The notes beneath the pieces are model-generated. The model made no database searches. It saw only the letters and a list, made by a program, of their open reading frames with translations, and had not been told where the DNA came from. The position numbers and the translations under genes are program-made. From Asterias rubens (taxonomy: Eukaryota), in NCBI RefSeq assembly GCF_902459465.1, contig NC_047068.1, forward strand, positions 6,510,001 through 6,574,000: DNA of 64,000 bases, read 5' to 3'. Below are positions 44,708 to 56,954 of the stretch, one piece after another. Position 1 is the stretch's first letter; every line of letters starts with the position of its first letter.

Positions 44708-47622
44708 ATGATGTCCCTGTCAGGATTTCGTCCAGTTTTTACTGGTTTATCGGTAAGGTTTGCTTCTCTTTCTCAAATGTAGGGTTTGATGAATTTATTT
44801 TTACTAACAATTTGTATAATTCAACAATACAAACAGCTACGGTCATGTACAAAAATGAAAAGCAGTTTTTGGGTCGAGTTGGCACCCTCGTCAAATCTGC
44901 CATGTCTAGCTGCAGTCGTCGGCAACTGAGAATCAACCGGTTTCATGCATCGCAGGTCGATTGTGCCGCGTCGACGTCACGTCAGTACCGACAAAATCGC
45001 CGTATACGAATTCCTCTTTCTCCCTTGATATAGTTAGGTCAAATTATTATCTTTTACTGTCCAGAAAGGTTCAATTTGAAGCGGTCCTACTAAAAGCCGA
45101 CAACTCGCCGACAACAAGTCCAGAGCGCCGACAACTCGCCGCCAACAAGTTTTAATTACCTCAAAAATGGCCAATAAACCATAGATGTATTAGAACTATA
45201 TGTGTTCTGTAATATAAACATAGTTAATGGAAAAACTTCACAAAAAGTGTGAATTTTTAACCAGAAAAAAACTTCACTTGCACGAAAAGCGGTCGGACGC
45301 CAATATTGTAACAAAATCGCCTTCCGTTTTCCAATCCAAGTTCCTTTTAAGTTTTGACCTTTTGGTGCACTTGCTTCTTTAAAACAGAAGAAGGAAGCAT
45401 TAGTTAGACTTTAGAGATCTGCGGTTGTGTTAGTACTGTGAATGCAGAAAATATTCAAAATAGGATTTTTTTTAACACAACACAAACTGTTAGAAAAAGT
45501 GTTACTGTTAAAGTGTACTGAGTGTTAGTGTTAGTGTTTCTGTAAGTTTCTGAACCAAATACTGATACTCTCAATCATAGTCATGATACAGAAAAGTTTA
45601 TTTACACGTGAGCACGTCGAGCATGTTCAACATACACCGTGGCGTCGAATGCCCCCTCTGCCTACTTCTAGAAACTATAAGGCTCCCCCAAAAAATAAAG
45701 CGTTGAACATATTGAGAAGTCAAATAACGTGCGATGCGGCAAAAAAACAACAGTGAGTACTGATCAGAAAGTTTAATTTTTTGAAGAGGTTTTTTAATTT
45801 AACTCATCAAAAAGGCCATACAAGCATCATGAATGTATATTGAGTGTGTGGGAAAAGTTTCGGGTGTGTAGTACAAAGGAAATTTTAGTTATTGATGGCG
45901 AACGGTCGTAAAACTTTCATATCAACGCCGATTTTAGAAACGTGTAGCGTGAAGGAGGTCAAAAATATAAGACCCCTATAAGGCTCATGGGGAGCCTTAT
46001 AGTTTCTAGAAGTACCCTCTGCCTTTCCATAGGGTATAGACCGATCCAGTAGGCTCCGCCCACAACGCACTGGGGCGGAGCCTACTGGATCGGTCTATTG
46101 CGGTTCTGAATCGCGATAAACCTTATTATTTACTATGCTACATAATTATTATAAAATTAATCAAACTTTTTATTTTTCCATTTAGCGCCGACTATTTACA
46201 GCCCAGGTTGCCCCGGCAACTCAATCAGCAGACAAGCCAGCGCTCCCTAAAGAACCTGTCCAGGTAAAATAATAAGTACTTCAGTTTTTCAGTACATAAT
46301 GATAATGTTTTTAATAATAAATAAATGACTACTGACTGGCCCACTTTAGTTTTGGGGCCTTTTGTGCTAAATACGTAGTTTTTTATTCGAATAGAAACAT
46401 TACATACGTACATGTCCACAGTGGCAAAAGAAGGCATCATTAATTTTAACCCTTTTTAAATTTCAGTCTTCCTTTCTGCTCCTTACTTTTGCTTCCCCAC
46501 CTTTTTCTTTTATTGTATTGTTTCTCATTTTAGCCATTGAGAAAGAATCGGCCAATTCTAAATCCAATTGAAATTCCATAATCAATAACCACTGTTTGTA
46601 AATGATTTGGCCAGGTGTGGATTTCACTAAGAGTTAAGACTAGTCTTATCTCCATTTAGGATGAGTTACTCGTTCATACTAACTTTGGACGAGCCTTAAG
46701 TTTTTAATATATTCTCCCATAAACTCTTTGTGAAATCGACCCCTGATACTTTTGAGGAGATAAATTGTATTTTGGGCGCATTGACTCAGTGGTGTACTGT
46801 TTGTAAATTATAGTAACATTTCTTCGTTGTGGTTCGTTACGTTTTACCTCTGTGGTCCCCCGTTCAAATCCCACGTCACATCTAAAACTGAACATATCTT
46901 CATCATCTCGCATTTGTAAACTAAACCTATTTTTTTAATTATTTAATTAATTATGAGTTCTGTTGTTGATGGTTACAGGTGTCCAAGTTAAGCAATGGAT
47001 TAACAGTTGCTTCAGTAGAGAACCACTCACCCATTTCTAGAATCGGTCTGCTCGTCAACGCTGGGTCACGCTATGAATCAACAGCAAACCAGGGCATCAG
47101 TCACTGCCTACGTAGCTATGCCCACCTGGTAAGTAACAAGATTGTCCCCACCTCTAGTTGGACATTCAGTACAAACATTATGTTGTGTATGTTCAGTGCC
47201 TGAATGTTTGTGACAATTCACAAGATTGCAGGGCTTGTGCTCAAAATGTGTACCAGACCAACATTTTGCAGCCAGCCGCACGTGCGCCGCAATCTTTATA
47301 GATGCAGTCACCTGTGATGCTGCTATTGTTCTATTGTCATGCATGTTTTGACTCCTAGGCCGCACTGTGCCGACCCCTCGGCCGGCTGCGGCAAGATTTT
47401 GCGGCCGACCACGGCGGGATGCAGGACGCCGCTTAATTTATTTTTGATGGCTTCCCTTAGCAAGACTAGAATCAAATTGGGGTGAACAATCACTTTGGGT
47501 TTGGGTACTTTGTGTAGGACACAAAACACAATGTCCACAGATTGACCTCAAACTCAAACTCACACAGTTTGAAGATAATGATGGTAGAAAGCTTCCCTTA
47601 AAATATTACTTGTCGAGGTGCT

Positions 47623-47658
<36 letters not shown>

Positions 47659-50600
47659 ATGAGTAAAGCAAGTCATAAAAATAATTTATTGACTGAGGAG
47701 ACAACAATTATATTTGTGGCATTGTTTTACTTATTTCTCTAAAACTACATCACCTCACCAAGTAGTTTTGTAAGGTAAGCTTTCTATTATTCTACCTATT
47801 CTTCAAACGGTGTAAATTTAATGTCAATCTGTGGACAATGTGTTTTGTGTTACAAAAAATACCCAAATCCTTTAACAGAGAAGATCTATAGATCTCATTT
47901 GCTGTTTGTATAAAGACCTTTTTGATACTCATTTATGAAGGCAACATTTCAATTGAAAAGCACACAGCCACCAAGCTTTTTTACTGGCCCAATACTAAAA
48001 TCACTGACATGGAGCAAACTGTAGATGTGTGTACTCTTTAGATGTGTGGACTGTTTTTCCTCACTCGGTATGTGTTGCCCTCTTTCAGACAACAAAAAAT
48101 GCAACAACATTTAACATCACAAGAGGGCTGGATGACCTTGGTGCTAGCTTGGAAGCCACTACGACCAGAGATCACATGATGTACTCTGTGCAATGTCTAC
48201 GGGGGCATCTGTAAGTAGTTCCCCTTCTCAGGGTTATCACTAGGGCCCCATTTTATTGAGCTGCTCAACAGCCGAGTCTAGAGGCAGGTCCCCAAATAGA
48301 ATTTTGTCACAGTTGATTCCAGAGGGTGTGAAAATCTTGGACACTATTGGTAATTACTCAAATTAATTGTTAGCACAAAACTATGAAAACGGTGGACGCG
48401 CATTCTTACGAGGTGTGTTCAGAGTTGTGCAAGGAAGGGGTCATCTGAGTAATGCCCCATTGTCTGGTTTTCTGTTTCTTTCAGAGATCAAGGTGCGGCA
48501 TTCCTGCAGAATGCAACCACTGGTCAGCAGTTCCGACCCTGGGAGCTCAAAGACAACAGACAGAGACTTTACTTTGATCTCGCTTCCATCAAAAACCAAC
48601 TGCAGATTGGTAAGTAGACTGTCGGGGGGGGGGGGGGGGGGAATGAGGGTTAGAGGGAGGGGGCATTCAGTTGGGTGGAAGAGCATGACCATTGCAACAT
48701 ATTGTTTACCGCCTTTGCGCACCACTGCAACAAGTTCTTAAAGCAGCATAATAATAATAATAATAATAACAAATTCTTATATAGCGCATTTCACAATAAC
48801 CGTATCAATGCTCTTTACATTAGTGCCCTGGTCATGGGGCCAATAACATCCCTGTAATGTTTCTCAGCTCCCTGGGGAGTATACAGCCCTGAGCTGCCTG
48901 TAAGGCGCTTGTGGCTTTTTCATACACAATATCAACCTCTACCCTCGCAGGTACCCATTTATACCCCTGGGTGAAGAGAAGCAATTATAGTAAAGTGTCT
49001 TGCTCAAGGACACAAGTGTCACGACAGGGATTCGAACCCACACTCCGGTGAATCAGCACCAGAACTTGAATTCGATGCTCTTAACCACTCGGCCATGACA
49101 CGCAGTAAAAAGCATCCAGTAAAAAGAGTCCAGCATTCTCCTGAAGAAGATCAGAGCATACTGATCAAAACATTGAGTGGTTAACCACCGGAACTTTTCA
49201 GAACCAACACTTCTCAAAAGAGATTTTTCCATTTGTTTTCTCTTTTTTAATTATGCAAGTCGCCAGACACATTATTCTCAAGGCCATAGTGTTTACCGCA
49301 AACTTCTGTTAGTTATCTTGTTTGTTCAAAGCGGTGGAAGGGTATAATTTGGTTATTGTTAAATGTATATTATTGCTTTTAGCGTTACCAGACAGGGGCA
49401 CACTACCTTTTGCTGTTAGCGTTACCAGACAGGGGCACACTACCTTTTGCTGTTAGCGTTACCAGACAGGGGCACACTACCTTTTGCTGTTAGCGTTACC
49501 AGACAGTCAATTTGTAAAAAAAAACATTTCATATTTTTATCTTTTCAGAGGTTTTAGAGAATCTGCACTCCGCTGCGTTCAGAGATACGTTAGGACGGTC
49601 CCTGTACGCTCCAGAGTACATGGTGGAAAAGATCAGCACGGAGATGTTGATGGATTGGGTAAACAACATGTACACTGCTGAGAATATGGCACTAGTCGGA
49701 GTCGGTAAGTAACTTGCAATCCTCAAAACGTTCTTAATGCCATACTTACTTTGAGCCTGTATATTTCTGTCCTTTTAACTAATAGTTGTTTTATTATTTG
49801 GCAATGGAAACTAAATTTCTGTAAATTTATGATGTTGTAATTCAATTGTAATACCTAATGCAGGCATGCGCTGTGTTCTTGATGTACTTGGGCTTTATGA
49901 TTGCCTTGTGTATGTACGTATGGGTTTAGGCCTGGGTTTATTTCAGATCTGATCTTGCCTATTTCAGATCTGATCTTGCCTTTTGTTTTTATGCCCCGCG
50001 GCGAAGCCGAAGGGGCATATAGTGTTTGACTCGTTTTTCTTCAAATTTTATTGTCTGGTGGGTCTTGAGTTTTATGATTTAATACTTGTATCTTTTCAGC
50101 TGGTTTGCTGATTTATTGGACTGTCTTAGCCCATTCTAGTGCCAACAAAATTAAAAGCACTATGAAATTATTTTGGTTTTCAATAAAGTCGTGTGTACAT
50201 GCATGAGGCTTGTGCAATGTCTTTATAAATCTTGAAATAACTGTGATTTACCATTTATTTCAACCCCTGGTAGTTGGATTAAAACTTTTGTTTGTTTTAT
50301 TAGGCGTCGGCCATGATGAACTGAAGGCATTTGGGGAGAACTTTGAGCTGAAGACAGGGCCAAGAAACGAGATGCCAGCAGCTAAGTATGCAGGTAGGCA
50401 TATGAAATTGTTTAGTTACCATGACAAGATGTTGGGCGTGGTGTGGAAAGCCAGATAGAAATGACAAGATGTTGGGCGTGGTGTGGAAAGCCAGATAGAA
50501 AGATGTATTATGTACCCGGCAAGAGGTTGTATGCATTGCTTGTGAACGAGTCCCATCAACAAAATAGATGATAAATGTGCATTTGACTACAAGAAACTTG

Positions 50601-53600
50601 ACGACAAGATACTTGACCATCAGAGTTCACGTTGTGATATTTGATCTCCAGATCTGTCTCTCTGGTTCCAATGGCGTCAACATTTTTAAGAATCTGTTAT
50701 GAAATGGTGAAGTTAACAGCATAAAAAGATAGTGACGGAAGTAAGAAAACCCAGATGAGAAACACTTTAAACACGTCTGAACTGAGATTGTTTGTTTATT
50801 TGGGTGTCATTTTGTTTTTTAATGATCTATTCACAAATACACCACTGTCTGTACAGGTGGCGAGATTCGCAAACAGCAGAACTCCGGGTTTGCCTATGCA
50901 GCAGTCGGCGTACAAGGCGCCAAACTAAACAGCAAGGAGCTACTGTCACTGGGTGTCTTGCAACATCTGATGGGTACCGGGCCGTACATCAAGTGGGGCA
51001 GTCAGATAGCTTCCTCCAAGCTAACCCAGGCTGCTGCAGCAGCAACGACGGTGCCATTCTCAGTAAGTTTTGCATTTTGTAATTCATGTTATTTGCAAGT
51101 GAGTAGGTATGCACGTTCAAACCGGGGACCTATACAAAAGAGGACAATAGGGTCCACGGTTCGGGAAAGGTCCACAGTTGGAAAACGTGTACAAAACCAT
51201 TGGGAGCTGTTGCAAAAGAGTATAAACAAAATAGGGAAAACAGGAGGTCCGTGGTTGCAGGCGTAGAGTTGACCAACCCATGAAATTTTTCGACTGCCTG
51301 GGTTGTGTATGGTGATGCATCTGCGCACTGAGCTGACTGTGTATTGTTTAGATGCATTCATTTACTTTCTTGATAGCAAATTGCAGAGTATTGCTGTCAC
51401 AAATTTGTTGCCTGCGTGTTTAAAGGGAAGGTACACGTTTGGTAATTGTCAAAGACCAGTCTTCTCACTTGGTGTATCCCAACATAAGCATAAAATAACA
51501 AGCCTTAGAAAATTTGAGCTAAATTGGTCATCGAAGTTGCGAGAAAATGATGAGAGAAAAAAAAACACCCTCGTTGGCTGAATTTGTGTGCTTTCAGATA
51601 GGAATAAAAGACTTCTGGTTCAGTCAGAAATTACCTCCTTCTTAAAACCTATGCTACTTCAGAGGGAGCCATTTCTCACAATGTTTGATACTATCAACAG
51701 CTCTCCAATGCTCGTTACCAAGTCAGTTTATAAGTTCATTTTTGTTTTGAGTAATTACCAAACGTGCACCTTCCCTTTATATGTTTATATATTTTAATGA
51801 ACAACTATTTGATATTTATTTGTTTTTATGAAATATATGTAATATTTTTAATGAATGTTTTTGTGATCGGTCAAATATCATCTCTTTTGTCTTCTCGGTG
51901 TTCAGCTTTAGAAATGTTGTGCTACTATAATTAATTGTTGTACAACATGTAGTTTAGCCTTCGATAAAGACTCTTCTTTTGGCAAAACGCCAGGCCCTTT
52001 TTAGTTTTTCTGCTTGCATTATACAATATGTGAACGATTCCTGATTTTGTTTCTCCCTAGGCAAGTTGTTTCAATATGTCATACAGCGACTCTGGATTGT
52101 TTGGCATGTTCGCCATTACCCATGCTGATCAGATGGGCGCGGTAAGTAAACCTTAGCACAGACATTGTTCAGATCTGCCTTAACATTAACAATCTGGACC
52201 CGGGCCCAATTTAATAAAGCTCTTAAAGTAGAAAATATTGCTTTAAAAATGTCAATGTTTAGCCAAAATTTAGTGGGGCGGTAGTGCTTTCTGGTCTACC
52301 AGCCAGGCTTCGGACTGATGATACCCAAGCCTACATCGGTATGGACTGTAAAAGGTGTAAGGTCCCTGTCTCAGCCCTAGGAGTAGGTGGCAACAGCCTC
52401 TGGAATAAAATAATTGTAGCCAACACCTTGAAGTGGCCTTTCGGCGTTGTGTGTCTGGCGGCTTGCATAAAAAAAAGATGTTAAAAATATTAACAAAAAT
52501 TGTTATACCATAGGACATTTTGGTTGGGGAGCAGTTTGCAACATACAATTGTATTTCCTATGTTCTATTTTTCTCTTTATATTTTATATCACCTGACTGA
52601 AATTATTTTAAAATTTACCCAGTCAGTTTCCCTTGCATTTTATCTATGTATGTGATAACTTTTGTGAAATACATGTATGTCTCATCAATTTCCACAAACC
52701 ATTATAATCTGTTTCTCATACATATCTTTGACAAATGTGCAGGTATTTAAATTTGTTAACAATTAAAATCAACTAACAGTAAAACAACTTCGTTTTGAAT
52801 ATAACCATAAGTTTATAAACTGTTATTTGCTTTAGTATTACAATGTATATTTTGATTTTAAGACAATTTAACACTAGTAAAGTAGGTGTTTTATTATCAA
52901 TATTGCATAAATTGTTCTGTAATAAGGTTAATAAAATGGAGCATGTAGTTCCATCTTTAAAGCCATTGGACCCTTTCGGTTCAGAAAAAAAAAAAAAGTT
53001 CACAGATTTACAAATAACTTGCAGGGTTTACAGAAGGCAATGGTGAAAGACTTCTCTTGAAATATTATTCCATGAAATGCTTTACTTTTTGAGAAAACAG
53101 CAAAACAATATAAATTCTCGTTAACGAGAATTACGGATTTATTTTAAACACATGTCATGACACGGCGAAACGCGCGGAAACAAGGGTGGGTTTTTCCGTT
53201 GTTTTCTCCCGACTCCGATGACCGATTGAGCCTAAATTTTCACAGGTTTGTTATTTGATATAGAAGTTGTGGTACACAAAGTGTGGGCCTTGGACAACAC
53301 TGTTTACCGAAAGGGTCCAATAGCTTTAAAGGCACTTTTAAAGACAGGTTTCTTGAAAGGTTTGAATTATGAGATTGAGGTATAAAGCACCTTATAGGCT
53401 TACAAAGCACTATATCATAAATCTATTAAATTTCTCTCAAGCACTATAATTAATAAAAGAAAATATATACAGACCAAATTGAAAGACGCCATTTCATTTG
53501 ATCACCTATAGATGCTGAAGTCCATGATGAAACAGTTTGGAGCTGTCACCAAGGGAAACATGGATGCTGCGGATATCACCAGAGCCAAGTAAGTCAAACT

Positions 53601-54916
53601 AGCACTTGCAAACCTGAGAATGTCTTACAGAAACAAATCTGCTGTGTTTTGGTTGGGATTCACTCATTTTAGAAGTAACCATGGGCCAGTGCCACAAAAA
53701 GTTAATATTAATCTCAACTGTATATCAATTTAACATTATTGCTAAGTGTGATGTCACTACATTTGTACATTCAAGGCAGTATTTAAATAACTCATCTGAT
53801 GATGAATCTTAGTGCTTTGTGATGCTGAGCTATACTTAATAGTGACTAGAGTGCTAACTCTTAAAGGCAGTGGACACTATTGGTAATTACTCAAAATAAT
53901 TCTAAGCATAAAACCTTAATTGGTTGGGGAGAGGTTGGTAGTATAAACCATTGTGAGAAATGGCTCCCTCTGAAGTGGAGTAGTTTGGGAGAAAGAAGTA
54001 ATTTTCCCCGAATTTGATTTTGAGACCTCAGATTTAGAATTTGAGGTCTCGAAATCAAGCATCTAAAAGCACATAACTACGTGTGACAGGGTGTTGTTCT
54101 TTCATTATTATCTCGCAACTTTTGATATACAGCAAATGAGAAGACTGCTCTTGGACAATTACCAATAGTGTCCGGTGTCTTTAATACCACATGCAGCCCG
54201 CTAGCTGCAGATATGTTTGACGCATGTTGGTGACTGAGAAACAAGTTTACTTTGGTCAGATTTGGGTTTGTCTGTTTGTGTTGGTACGCACATTCAGTGC
54301 TTGAAGTTTGCACTGGACTGAAGGACAGAAGCCAGTGATTTTAGCATCGGTCCAGTAAACTCACAAACAGACAATTGCAAGGGGGCAGCAGGCCTGATAC
54401 TTCATGGAGGCAACGGAGGCGATTGCCTCCATGCCTCTGGTCATTGCCAAGGTGCACTTGAAATGCTCCAGTAGAAATTTTACAATTTCCATAAGGTGCC
54501 CTTTACCGAGGAGAAAATGCCTTTGGGCCCTTTCCCTTTCAAGATAAAGCATACAGGCCTGCATGAGGTCTTGTATTTTTTTTTAATTATCATATAATAA
54601 TACCTCACTGTGTAATATTTAACCAAAGTGGAACGCTACGAGCTGAATGTTAAAATTATTCTACTGCATTTTTTACTCTCTTCAGGAACCAGCTGAAGGC
54701 GGCTATCTTGATGAATCTTGAGAACCAATCCACACTCCTTGAAGACATCGGAGTTCAGTCTCTCATGAACGGATCCTACGTCTCATCAGCTGACTTGGTG
54801 AATGACATTGATGCCATCACAGGAGATGATGCAGTCAAGGTTAGTCAGAGTTACCGATTCAACCAGTTCACTTTGGGATTAAAAATAATTTCTCCTTTCT
54901 CCTTTTTTTCCTTTCT

Positions 54917-54951
<35 letters not shown>

Positions 54952-55748
54952 ACACTTTTATAGCGCCAGTATCCGCCGTAAGCGACGCTCATGGCGCTGC
55001 TCTACAAAAAAACAACCAACAAGCAATGAAAGTAGCAAAACATAATAAGACAAATAAACTTAACAAAATGCTTTTCTATGAAGATGAGTTGTTAAACTGT
55101 TCTTGAATATGTTGAGTAATTTGGAGAGTTTCACAGTTTCAGATAGGGAGTTCCAAAGCTTCGGTGCTGCACTCTGAAACCTTATCGCCCCCCTTCGATG
55201 ATTTGTTGTTTTTCCCCGGAGGAGTTTGTGTTTTGTAGATCGTAAGCCACAACGTATTAGGAGTACTATCAGTCAACAAGCAATTTGTTTTCCCCAGCCG
55301 TTATTAAATTCTTTTTATCTACGAAATTTTGTTATTGTGTAATTGGTTGTATCTTTTTGTCTTTGCTTTTATTCTGCATATTACATATATTTTACTTTTT
55401 ATGTAACATTTAATTCTTCAGTAGTTTTATTTAGTGCATATTTTTATTGTATTATTACATGTATTATTCTTAAAAGTAACAGGTATTTGACAAAGGCATT
55501 AGGCACAAATCCATTTAAAAACTGAATCTGGGATTCATTGTATTAGGTGTATGCAGTGAGAATTTACAGTTACAAAGTCTGATGATTTTCAATGACAGCT
55601 GCAGTTTGATGAAAAAGAAATAATTTCCTTATTTTACAATTTGTTTAATCCCCAGATTGCAAAGAAGATATTCAACGGCAAGATGTCGATGGCGGCCAGT
55701 GGAGACCTTGGAAATACCCCCTATCTGGATCAGCTTTTGTCAGCATAA
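44708..55748 (+). CDS. UQCRC2: Cytochrome b-c1 complex subunit 2 (core protein 2), mitochondrial, 458 aa
   Basis: 12 exons: 44708-44752, 46186-46263, 46979-47128, 48089-48210, 48485-48609, 49549-49704, 50304-50393, 50857-51062, 52061-52141, 53512-53588, 54686-54839, 55656-55748 (1377 nt, all GT-AG, phases consistent). Presequence MMSLSGFRPVFTGLSRRLF, M16 motifs SKLSNGLTVAS...AGSRYE...GISHCLR (no HxxEH), SYSDSGLFG, C-terminus KMSMAASGDLGNTPYLDQL. Confidence 0.95.
45663..46014. mobile_element. 352-bp TIR element with 9-bp TSD (Mutator-like TSD length) in UQCRC2 intron 1
   Basis: TACTTCTAGAAACTATAAGGCTCCCC...GGGGAGCCTTATAGTTTCTAGAAGTA flanked by CCCTCTGCC at 45654-45662 and 46015-46023. Confidence 0.88.
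46036..46098. repeat. Perfect 26-bp-arm hairpin, probably a collapsed MITE
   Basis: ATAGACCGATCCAGTAGGCTCCGCCC, 11-nt loop, exact reverse complement. Confidence 0.9.
47494..47875. mobile_element. TTAA-type MITE (AAGGATTTGGGTA tip) in UQCRC2 intron 3
   Basis: Inverted ends TTTGGGTAC...CACAAAACACAATGTCCACAGATT / AATCTGTGGACAATGTGTTTTGTG...TACCCAAATCCTTTAA. Confidence 0.7.
48748..49101 (-). mobile_element. tRNA-derived SINE family 2, full length, with (TTA)n tail
   Basis: Minus strand GTGTCATGGCCGAGTGGTTAAGAGC (A-box), GGGTTCGAATCC (B-box), GTGTCCTTGAGCAAGACACTT and CACCCAGGGGTATAAATGGGTACC (conserved-domain-type motifs of CORE/V/Meta/Deu SINEs; exact class not assigned), 3' TTATTATTA tail. 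Confidence 0.88.
49136..49230 (+). mobile_element. Penelope-type terminal-repeat remnant with decayed minimal hammerhead motif
   Basis: TTCTC-CTGAAGA-A-GATCAG-AGCATA-CTGATC-AAAACATT-GAG, then GGAACTTTTCAGAACCAACAC. Homologous to 3990-4066. Confidence 0.55.
49380..49506. repeat. 37-bp minisatellite, ~3.4 units, in a UQCRC2 intron
   Basis: Unit TAGCGTTACCAGACAGGGGCACACTACCTTTTGCTGT at 49380, 49417, 49454 and 49491 (partial). Unrelated in sequence to the 2582 array. Confidence 0.92.
51420..51780. mobile_element. Family A-related TTAA MITE (GGGAAGGTAC tip)
   Basis: TTAAAGGGAAGGTACACGTTTGGTAATT...AATTACCAAACGTGCACCTTCCCTTTA. Confidence 0.85.
52957..53329. mobile_element. TTAA MITE (AGCCATTGGACCC tip)
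   Basis: TTAAAGCCATTGGACCCTTTCGGT...ACCGAAAGGGTCCAATAGCTTTAA. Shares the GATGACCGATTGAGCCTAAATTTTCACAGGTTTGTTATTT block with family A. Confidence 0.88.
53861..54184. mobile_element. Family A TTAA MITE with internal deletion
   Basis: TTAAAGGCAGTGGACACTATTGGTAATT...AATTACCAATAGTGTCCGGTGTCTTTAA. Confidence 0.85.
54389..54561. mobile_element. Short element with CAGGCCTG ends (possible hAT-type MITE)
   Basis: The body (GCGATTGCCTCCAT...GAAATGCTCCAGTAGAAATTTACAATTTCC) recurs at ~12988-13105. No TSD seen. Confidence 0.5.
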
Positions 55749-55968
55749 AACTCCACCCCCTTTTAGGAATCCAATTTAATAAATCCAACCACATGTGCTC
55801 ATGAAAGAAAAAAACAGATTGGGCTATTGGCTTGATTGGGACAATGAGGGCGCTGTTCATATTTATTTTTCTCACTGGTGGGTGGGGTTTGTTTTGATGG
55901 TTGTTGTAATTTGCCCTTGTTTGCCCTGGACATTTTCAGCTACAGATGGGTCAAAGATAAGGGGCAAG

Positions 55969-56031
55969 GTTCAAGGGTCAAAGTTCAAGGGTCAAAGTTC
56001 AAGGGTCAAAGTTCAAGGGTCAAAGTTCAAG
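55969..56031. repeat. 14-bp tandem repeat (GTTCAAGGGTCAAA) x4.5 in the presumed UQCRC2 3' UTR
   Basis: Units start at 55969, 55983, 55997, 56011 and 56025 (partial). Confidence 0.9.
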
Positions 56032-56643
56032 TGTCGGTGTATATGTACTGAACTTTCAATGCAAAGCACATTACTTTGTAATTTGGAGAGACTTGAATGA
56101 AACTAGGATTTTTAAGGGTGCTGATGTTTGTGCTTGGTGACCCTAAGATGAAATGAATATGTTATTTCAGGAACTGGTACTTCATATTTTTGATTCATAT
56201 TATTCAGGGGTTCCCACCCCTTTTCCTTACAGTGCCAGTTAATTTCAAGTACACAATATTTCAAAGATTTCTTATTAAAATAATATAAGACTTGGTTTAA
56301 AAAAAATAATCTCCATGCTACTTATTATTTTTCATTTTGAATATTTCTGGACAGATCTGGGCAAGAATCGCAAGAGTTCTTTGGAATTTTATTCTTGGCA
56401 TTTTATTCTTGGCTTTAGCTCAATGTATAAAAATATAAAAGGTTGGCACAGATGACAATTTTTATGTTAATAATTTTATGTTAGTTAAATAACAAGAGTC
56501 TACCAATCCTCGTTTTGAATCAATTTGATTGAACACTGGCACTTCAAATATTTAAGTTTGAAATGGTCCTCATCATTTTATTTGATATGATATGGAATAA
56601 CTGAGTTATTGTTTTGAGTTGACTTATATATGGATAGATGTCA

Positions 56644-56649
56644 AATAAA
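56644..56649 (+). promoter_or_regulatory. Candidate polyadenylation signal of UQCRC2
   Basis: AATAAA ~900 bp after the stop, followed by GT/T-rich sequence (GTGTGTTTATTT). Confidence 0.45.
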
Positions 56650-56835
56650 AGTGTGTTTATTTGAAGAAACAAAAACTTGTTGTCTTTGTTCATCACTTGT
56701 TTTTCTTGGGTGATGTAAACAATTTACTTTGTTTAGCTAGGGAGATGGTTTAAACGTTTGTATTGCTTTTCCCACCCTTAACAGATGCATTGGGGATAAA
56801 GAATGGGGATAAAGAATATTATTTGCAATCTCGTG

Positions 56836-56954
56836 GTCTAGTTGCACTGCTCTAGAATTACAAAGGTCATGGGTTTGAATCCCACCCGAGTTATATGCTT
56901 GTGATTTTTTTTCACAGATCTCGGGAAAGAACTGAGTTTACAGTGCGAACACAT
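56836..56954 (+). mobile_element. SINE family 1, diverged copy
   Basis: GTCTAGTTG-CACTGCTCTAGAATTACAAAGGTCATGGGTTTGAATCCCACCCGAG...CTCGGGAAAGAACTGAGTTTACAGTGC. Confidence 0.75.

Noticed and set aside
44902-44955. Alternative UQCRC2 first exon MSSCSRRQLRINRFHASQ (within ORF 44566-45033)
   Set aside because: The donor is weak (CAG|GTCGAT). The exon at 44708-44752 has a strong donor (TCG|GTAAGG), the right phase and a better presequence.
48675-48857. ORF MEEHDHCNILF... as a UQCRC2 exon
   Set aside because: It runs through the SINE (TTA)n tail; the true exon is 48485-48609.
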